Of a DNA stretch of 64,000 nt, positions 58,955-64,000 are shown one piece after another (within the stretch, counting starts at the first letter, position 1; each line of letters opens with the position of its first letter). The DNA comes from Nitrospirota bacterium (GTDB lineage: Bacteria; Nitrospirota; UBA9217), in the NCBI GenBank assembly GCA_023229435.1, contig JALNZF010000012.1, forward strand, positions 30,086 through 94,085, in the 5' to 3' direction. The notes under the pieces were generated by a model. The model was not told where the DNA came from. It was given only the letters and a program-made list of their open reading frames with translations, and ran no database searches. A program made the position numbers and the translations under genes.

Positions 58955-60097
58955 TCAGTCTCGCAGGTGACACTTGTTGCAAAGACCCCGCTGGAAGCCG
59001 GAAAACAGGCTGGCCGGTCTGTCATAGTAGGCCTGCCGTGTCTCGGCCTCGGTGCGCCCCTGAGCATTTCTCTGAGGCGAATCATTATTGATTCCGGGGT
59101 AAACACCCTTAAAGACAATGAACTCCGATGCCATATTCCAGCGTGCCATATGGTCCCAGGCAGAGGCATGCGCTCTATGACAGGTGAGACACATCACATT
59201 GGACCCATGAACGGGACCCATGATAGAAGTGCCGTCGTTTTTTGCATGCTGTTCGAGGATCGATATGTCGTCTGTCCCTTCTTCGAAGGGAACGAGCGAA
59301 GTATAGGAAGCATCTCTTTTCCCGTTGATGTCGCCTGACTTCACATAGGCGTTGTAATTGGAAATGATCTCATTCGAGCACCGCGCACCACTGCAAACAG
59401 GATGTCCATACGCTCCTGTACAACCCTTCGTGTGGCAGTTCGAGCACCATTCAGACATCCCCCTGCCATATGCCACTCTCGTGTCTGAAACGGACTCGGA
59501 CCGGTTGTAGTCGTGGGGTGCAACAACAACTGGCGCATCAATAGTGAAGACCACCTCGGGCACCGAACGTGTTTTATAACCGGCCCCGCCCAGCATGCGA
59601 TATACGTTGTTCGCAATTTTACCGTGCGGATCATGACAGCTGATACAGGAAAGTTTGCTGTTGGGATACACTTCACCCGGCGTGCTCAACGATCTGCTGT
59701 CTGCGACATACCCATAGTCGTCCGCGGTAATGTTATGGCCGTGCCGTTCGCCAGGGCTGCTCTCTGTCGCTCCTAACGCTTTCCAGGAGTAGGCCTTCTT
59801 TAAATAGGCGAAATCTCCACCGGGAGTCAGTTGTGAGGGCGGAAAACCCGCCATCAGATCAGTTTCATCGGTCGCGATATAATGGCCACTGGGTCCCCGG
59901 GTGCCCCGCGGCGCTTGATGACAACGAAGGCAGGTGGAGCTTGCGTCGGACCCTCGTAACGCGCCCTTATTATCTTCATGACATTCCCTGCACTCCGCAG
60001 CGCCTCCGGAATGAAAGGCTTCCGCCGCGCGGCCCTGACAAAGAGCAAGGAAGAATACCATGAGGAAAGCACCATATGGCCTGAAGCCATGCTCCAT
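58955..60097 (-). CDS. OmcS-like hexaheme c-type cytochrome, divergent subtype (duplicate)
   Basis: ORF open to 60217. The ATG at 60097 (MEHGFRPYGAFLMVFFLALCQGRAAEA|FHSGGAAECRECHEDNKG) is preceded by TAAGGAGCAGT, the same RBS context as 55111..56253. Six CXXCH. Blocks GGDFAYLKKAYSWK, GHNITADDYGY, CISCHDPHGK, VYRMLGG, WCSNCH, CLTCHRAHASAWDHM, CNKCHLRD. Confidence 0.75.
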   Translation of the reverse strand: MEHGFRPYGAFLMVFFLALCQGRAAEAFHSGGAAECRECHEDNKGALRGSDASSTCLRCHQAPRGTRGPSGHYIATDETDLMAGFPPSQLTPGGDFAYLKKAYSWKALGATESSPGERHGHNITADDYGYVADSRSLSTPGEVYPNSKLSCISCHDPHGKIANNVYRMLGGAGYKTRSVPEVVFTIDAPVVVAPHDYNRSESVSDTRVAYGRGMSEWCSNCHTKGCTGAYGHPVCSGARCSNEIISNYNAYVKSGDINGKRDASYTSLVPFEEGTDDISILEQHAKNDGTSIMGPVHGSNVMCLTCHRAHASAWDHMARWNMASEFIVFKGVYPGINNDSPQRNAQGRTEAETRQAYYDRPASLFSGFQRGLCNKCHLRD

Positions 60098-60215
60098 ACT
60101 GCTCCTTAACCGTTGCAAGAGAACGATGTCATGCTCATTCTCCGTTCGTTCATCCTGGTTCCATTGACCATGATGAACACAGGTGAGTGCCGTAATCATC
60201 ATGATCAGTACTCTC

Positions 60216-60305
60216 ATGATAACAAGTTACCCGATCCAAAGCAAGCCGCATTTTTTTCTTTTCTCTTGAATGACTCTTGCACAATTGGAAGACTTTTGTT
60301 AAAGT
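60216..60305. promoter_or_regulatory. conserved divergent promoter block (copy 2)
   Basis: Same elements as copy 1: plus-strand -35 TTGCAC (60277-60282), 17-nt spacer, -10 TAAAGT (60300-60305). Minus-strand -35 TTGCTT (complement of 60239-60244) and -10 TATCAT (complement of 60216-60221). Confidence 0.35.
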
Positions 60306-60350
60306 ACTCCTTGATAAGAACCGGAGCGATTCTAAAAAAGGAGGAGTGCC

Positions 60351-60923
60351 ATGGGACTTACCACCCGGAGAAATTATCGCTTGTTTCTGTATGTCAACTC
60401 GTTGGCGATCATTCTGCTCGGCGCTGTGATCACCGGATGGGGCGTGTTCTTGTCGTTCCCTGCGGATCTCGGTCAAGGCTATCACAACGTACAGGCCCTG
60501 GTGCGGGAGATCGGGAACGTACTGTTCTGGAGGGTCACGATACTCTATGCCGTCACCTCTTTCCTCATCGTTCTGGCGATGGTGGCGCTTCATCTGGTAT
60601 ACTCCCACCGCATTGCAGGTCCGGCTTACCGTATCAGTCTGGAAGCAGCCCGGATCTCCCAGGGCGATCTGACCGGCAATATCAAGTTTCGCCGGAAGGA
60701 CAACCTTACGGACATGGCGGACCTGCTGAATGATCTGGCGTCGCAATACCGGGGCCGCATCAATGCTGTCAGGGACTCCCTTGCGATTCTTGACGAACAG
60801 TCAAAAAAAGTTTCCGATCTCATCCAACAGGGCAAGGACGGGCTTGCGCTCAAACAAATTGCAGGCGACCTTTCAAAGAGCGTAAAAAAGATCGAGAGCA
60901 GCCTCGCGGAGATGAGAATATAA
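60351..60923 (+). CDS. small membrane protein: 2-TM module + HAMP domain + coiled coil (no output domain)
   Basis: AAGGAGGAG RBS. The N-terminal 85 aa (MGLTTRRNYRLFLYVNSLAIILLGAVI...GQGYHNVQALVREIG...) is paralogous to the N-terminus of cytochrome 56721..57860. Then a HAMP-like block (IAGPAYRISLEAARISQGDLTGNIKFRRKDNLTDMADLLNDLASQY) and ~60 aa of coiled coil. Confidence 0.65.
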   Translation: MGLTTRRNYRLFLYVNSLAIILLGAVITGWGVFLSFPADLGQGYHNVQALVREIGNVLFWRVTILYAVTSFLIVLAMVALHLVYSHRIAGPAYRISLEAARISQGDLTGNIKFRRKDNLTDMADLLNDLASQYRGRINAVRDSLAILDEQSKKVSDLIQQGKDGLALKQIAGDLSKSVKKIESSLAEMRI

Positions 60924-60933
60924 GGAGCCAGTC

Positions 60934-61515
60934 ATGCTGTTTGATAACAGAAGAATATACTTTATTAATAAAGATTTTCAGTCGCGTTTCATTCTGAGGT
61001 TTGTTGCCGTTGCAACCATATGGGCCGCGGCCACGATCATGCTGTTTGCCTACCTGGCGGGGAAAAGGCTGGAGGCAATACGCTATTCATCGCACATCGA
61101 CATTAAAACGATGAGCGAACTGCTGCTGCCGGTTACCATCGGCGTTCACGCAATCTCGTTTCTGGTGTTCGCCGGCATCCTGGCCTTTACCATCAATTTG
61201 CTCTGGAAAAGGCTTTCCCCGCCGCTGTATTCCATAAAAAAAGACATCGTGAGGATTGCCGGCGGTGATCTTGCGAGCGAGGTCAGTCTCAGCAAGGACG
61301 AAGAGTTTCAACGCCTGGCCACGGACCTGGATAATATGCGGAGAGGAATGCGGGAAAAGATCGTCCGGCTCAAGGAACAGCAGGCAATGCTGTCTTCCGC
61401 GGCCGACGAGCTCGTCAGATCAACCCTTGGCGGGAATCCGTCCTTGTCTTCCGCGGCGACGCTCCAGGCCGCCGTTGAACGCATGAAGCGGGATGTCCAG
61501 ATTTTCCACTATTGA
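60934..61515 (+). CDS. small membrane protein: 2-TM + HAMP + coiled coil
   Basis: AAGGAG RBS. Two TM helices. HAMP-like block (PPLYSIKKDIVRIAGGDLASEVSLSKDEEFQRLATDLDNMRRGM). Then a helical tail. Confidence 0.65.
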   Translation: MLFDNRRIYFINKDFQSRFILRFVAVATIWAAATIMLFAYLAGKRLEAIRYSSHIDIKTMSELLLPVTIGVHAISFLVFAGILAFTINLLWKRLSPPLYSIKKDIVRIAGGDLASEVSLSKDEEFQRLATDLDNMRRGMREKIVRLKEQQAMLSSAADELVRSTLGGNPSLSSAATLQAAVERMKRDVQIFHY

Positions 61516-61572
61516 TCCTGTGTCGCTGCCATTCCTGCGGCAGTGCTCTGAAGGTGAGGGTAAAATTCTTTT

Positions 61573-62499
61573 ATGAGAAGAGTCGGGTTCGCCACCGATG
61601 AAGTCTTCCTGCGCCACGAGCCGCCGGTCTGGCATCCCGACTCGAAAGACCGGCTCATGTCCATTAACACCATTCTCAAAAACTCCAGCCTCTGGCCGGA
61701 CCTGGTGCCCCTGAAGCCGCGCAGGGCAGGATATGATGACATTGCCCGCGTGCATACGCGCGAGTATATCGAGAAGATCAAAAACTTCGGAGCAGGAGAG
61801 CTGGACCCGGACACGTATCTGTCAGCGGGAAGTCTCGAGGCGGCGCTCCACGCGGCGGGCGCGGTCATGGAGGCGGTGGACCAGTGTCTGAAGGGAACCA
61901 TCGAGCGCGCGTTCTGCGCGGTACGGCCTCCCGGACACCACGCCGAGGCGGACCAGGGCATGGGGTTCTGCATCTTCAACAACATCGCGGTCGGCGCCCG
62001 GTACGCCCTGACCCAGGGGTATGAGCGCGTGTTCATCATCGATTTCGACGCGCACCACGGCAATGGAACGCAGCACATCTTCGAAGAAGATGATGCGGTC
62101 TTCTACTTCAGCACGCACCAGCACCCGTACTATCCCGATACGGGCAAGGACATGGAGCGGGGCAGGGGCAGGGGCGAGGGCTTCACGTACAACATGCCGA
62201 TCGCGGCGGGTTCGGGCAATAAAGATTATATCTACGTATATCAAAATATTCTTCCCAGCCTTATCCACCGGTTCAATCCTGACATGATCCTCGTGTCCGC
62301 CGGCTACGACATCCATGTGAACGACCCCCACGCCAACATCCGCGTCACGCACGAAGGCATCCGGGCGATCGTCCGCAGCATCCTGCATTCCTATTCCTGC
62401 GCGTCCTGTCCGGTGGTGTTCGTGCTCGAAGGCGGATATGATCTTCCCTCGCTCTGCGATTCGGTGCAGATCACGATCGAGGAAATGCTGAAGGATTAG
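61573..62499 (+). CDS. histone-deacetylase-family amidohydrolase (AcuC/acetylpolyamine-deacetylase-like)
   Basis: 308 aa. Classical HDAC-class motifs: RPPGHHAE, GFCIFNN, DFDAHHGNGTQ, HPYYPDTG, GGYD. Confidence 0.8.
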   Translation: MRRVGFATDEVFLRHEPPVWHPDSKDRLMSINTILKNSSLWPDLVPLKPRRAGYDDIARVHTREYIEKIKNFGAGELDPDTYLSAGSLEAALHAAGAVMEAVDQCLKGTIERAFCAVRPPGHHAEADQGMGFCIFNNIAVGARYALTQGYERVFIIDFDAHHGNGTQHIFEEDDAVFYFSTHQHPYYPDTGKDMERGRGRGEGFTYNMPIAAGSGNKDYIYVYQNILPSLIHRFNPDMILVSAGYDIHVNDPHANIRVTHEGIRAIVRSILHSYSCASCPVVFVLEGGYDLPSLCDSVQITIEEMLKD

Positions 62500-62940
62500 G
62501 AATGAAGAACAGCCAATTGTAAATGCTTTCACATCGTGATAGCATATCTATCACATTATGAATCAAAGTTATAAACCAAGTTGTGTATTCCGGAGCGGAA
62601 GTGAAACAACTCGGGCAAAATATCTATGCCGTGCCTTCGTATCATATGTGAGTTTGGTTGAGAGGTGTATAGTGTCCTTCCTGAAATGTGATATTTGAGG
62701 AAGATATTAAGAGCTACAGATTTCATCTTGTAATTAATGACGACAAGCTAATAGATATAATAAAACACTGGGGGGTAGAGTAAGCAGGTAAGTGGCGCAC
62801 TAAAAATATCAACGTCTCCTGCGCTCTTGATGTCATGACCCTACGATCACCCGTCCCCATCTCTTTTCTGGACATTTTCATTTACTTGTAGTAAAGTCTT
62901 CAAGAAAATTCGATAGTTGTCGATCGTAGATTTATTTTTA

Positions 62941-63576
62941 ATGCAGAATGCAATATGGTTTCGAAGTCTGGCAATAAGGCGGCTCATGAGCGCAGGTCAT
63001 TTCCCAAAAGAGATATACAACAAGTTTGAAGTCCATGAATGGAAACATGCCTCGGCGATATTGAAGCATGACTTTCCGAACGAGTGGGAAGATATTCTCG
63101 CCATGCTGCGAGCCTTCAAACTCAAGAAGTCTTGGATTACGGAGGGCGGCGGCAATAAGACCGAACTAGCAAAATGGATTGATGATTTTCTGGGGGCAAG
63201 AGGATGGAAGGAAAAGCAGTTTTCTACAGCAGTCATTGTAGATGAAGCAAAGCTTGAGTCACCGACACATAAGGTTGATTGCTACAAGAACCGGGTCGCT
63301 CTTGAGCTAGAGTGGAACAATAAGGACCCCTTCTACGACCGGGATTTAAACAATTTTCGATTACTCTTCGATCTTCGAGCGATTAGCGTTGGTTTGATCA
63401 TGACACGCTGTGATGAGTTACAGGAAATTTTTAATAAACTCGGACGGGGCAAGTCATACGGAAATTCGACGACACATATGTCGAAGTTGCTGCCACGCAT
63501 TGAGGGCGGCAGTGGGGCAGGCTGTCCAGTTATTGTTATTGGTATAACAAAGAAGCTTTACGCGGAGGAAGAATAA
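62941..63576 (+). CDS. type II restriction endonuclease, BamHI-like fold/catalytic motif
   Basis: ORF open from 62917; start uncertain (ATG at 62941 or 62989). PTHKVDCYKNRVALELEWNNKDPFYDRDLNNFRLLFDL resembles the BamHI active-site region (..IDVYKE..RVGMEFETGN......KLLLGL; D..E.E catalytic triad). ISVGLIMTR / VIVIGI blocks follow as in BamHI. AT-rich codon usage unlike the rest of the window. Confidence 0.5.
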   Translation: MQNAIWFRSLAIRRLMSAGHFPKEIYNKFEVHEWKHASAILKHDFPNEWEDILAMLRAFKLKKSWITEGGGNKTELAKWIDDFLGARGWKEKQFSTAVIVDEAKLESPTHKVDCYKNRVALELEWNNKDPFYDRDLNNFRLLFDLRAISVGLIMTRCDELQEIFNKLGRGKSYGNSTTHMSKLLPRIEGGSGAGCPVIVIGITKKLYAEEE

Positions 63577-64000
63577 GTGGATATTATCCAGGATTTTATT
63601 CGATGCACCGGAAATAAGAAGTTTCGGACAATCCTCGCCGATCCGCCTTGGCAGTTTAATAATCGTACGGGCAAGATGGCCCCCGAGCATAAACGGCTCA
63701 GTCGTTATAAAACCCTCTCCCTTCGCGAGATTTGTGAAATCCCCGTCCAGGTCGCCGCAGATCAGCCAGCACATCTGTATCTTTGGGTGCCCAATGCTCT
63801 GTTAAACGAAGGCTTGGAGGTAATGAAAGCGTGGGGGTTTACTTACAAGACGAACATTATCTGGCATAAAGTAAGAAAGGATGGGGGGCCTGATGGTCGT
63901 GGTGTAGGTTTTTATTTTAGAAACACCACTGAGATAGTTCTCTTTGGTATTCGCGGTCCCCTTCGGACACTCAAGCCGGGCCGGACGCAGGTGAATATCA
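63577..64000 (+). CDS. DNA methyltransferase, DPPW-motif (MT-A70-like N6-adenine/N4-cytosine class), 3' end outside window
   Basis: Not in the ORF track because it runs off the window. GTG at 63577, 1 nt after the REase stop, preceded by GGAGGAAG. Translation VDIIQDFIRCTGNKKFRTILADPPWQFNNRTGKMAPEHKRLSRYKTLSLREI..HLYLWVPNALL..AWGFTYKTNIIWHK shows the DPPW catalytic motif and an MT-A70-like fold. Confidence 0.65.
   Translation, partial: MDIIQDFIRCTGNKKFRTILADPPWQFNNRTGKMAPEHKRLSRYKTLSLREICEIPVQVAADQPAHLYLWVPNALLNEGLEVMKAWGFTYKTNIIWHKVRKDGGPDGRGVGFYFRNTTEIVLFGIRGPLRTLKPGRTQVNI

Noticed and set aside
1-64000. CRISPR arrays, tRNA/rRNA genes, prophage or integrase genes
   Set aside because: Scanned the intergenic regions for regularly spaced direct repeats, cloverleaf-sized conserved tRNA-like segments and phage hallmark genes. 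None found. The only mobile-type signals are the MITE-like element and the AT-rich R-M island.

Overview
This is a high-GC (~58-60%) bacterial window dominated by envelope and extracellular electron-transfer functions, consistent with a Geobacter-/Desulfuromonadota-like or similar anaerobe. Four parts stand out.

(1) Positions 1-30.5 kb carry twelve paralogous TMTC-like (DUF1736 + C-terminal TPR) polytopic membrane proteins, one partial at the window edge, mostly in tandem. They are interleaved with other GT-C-type membrane glycosyltransferase-like proteins: a GT39/83 ArnT/PMT-like protein, a YfhO-family protein and a further polytopic membrane protein. Two tandem fused MFS/spermidine-synthase-like genes on the minus strand lie among them. 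Together this reads as a 'glycosylation island'.

(2) Positions 30.8-35.7 kb hold an NHL-repeat protein and a tandem pair of OmcS-like hexaheme c-type cytochromes, the family that forms cytochrome nanowires in Geobacter. The first is preceded by a GEMM-I-like riboswitch candidate.

(3) Positions 36-51 kb encode a YVTN beta-propeller lipoprotein, a 750-aa outer-membrane beta-barrel with a C-terminal Phe, a small CsgG/LpoB-like lipoprotein and a 1,575-aa secreted protein of alternating MBG/Ig-like domains ending in two CsgG/LpoB-like domains. These are followed by a SurA-like chaperone, a ~26-heme and a ~16-heme cytochrome, and an NHL-repeat protein.

(4) Positions 53.7-62.5 kb contain a 4-5-heme cytochrome and a segmentally duplicated module. 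Each copy is a divergent-subtype OmcS-like gene on the minus strand, a conserved divergent promoter block, and a plus-strand gene whose conserved N-terminal 2-TM module is joined either to a hexaheme domain or to a HAMP + coiled coil. A second HAMP-only protein and an HDAC-family deacetylase follow.

The last 1.5 kb is an AT-rich island with a BamHI-like restriction endonuclease and a DPPW-motif methyltransferase. I also see a MITE-like element with TIRs and TSD, an in-frame TGA followed by intact TPR sequence, homopolymer tracts, near-identical conversion tracts among paralogs, and near-perfect internal tandem repeats in the giant gene. No rRNA, tRNA or CRISPR array was found.
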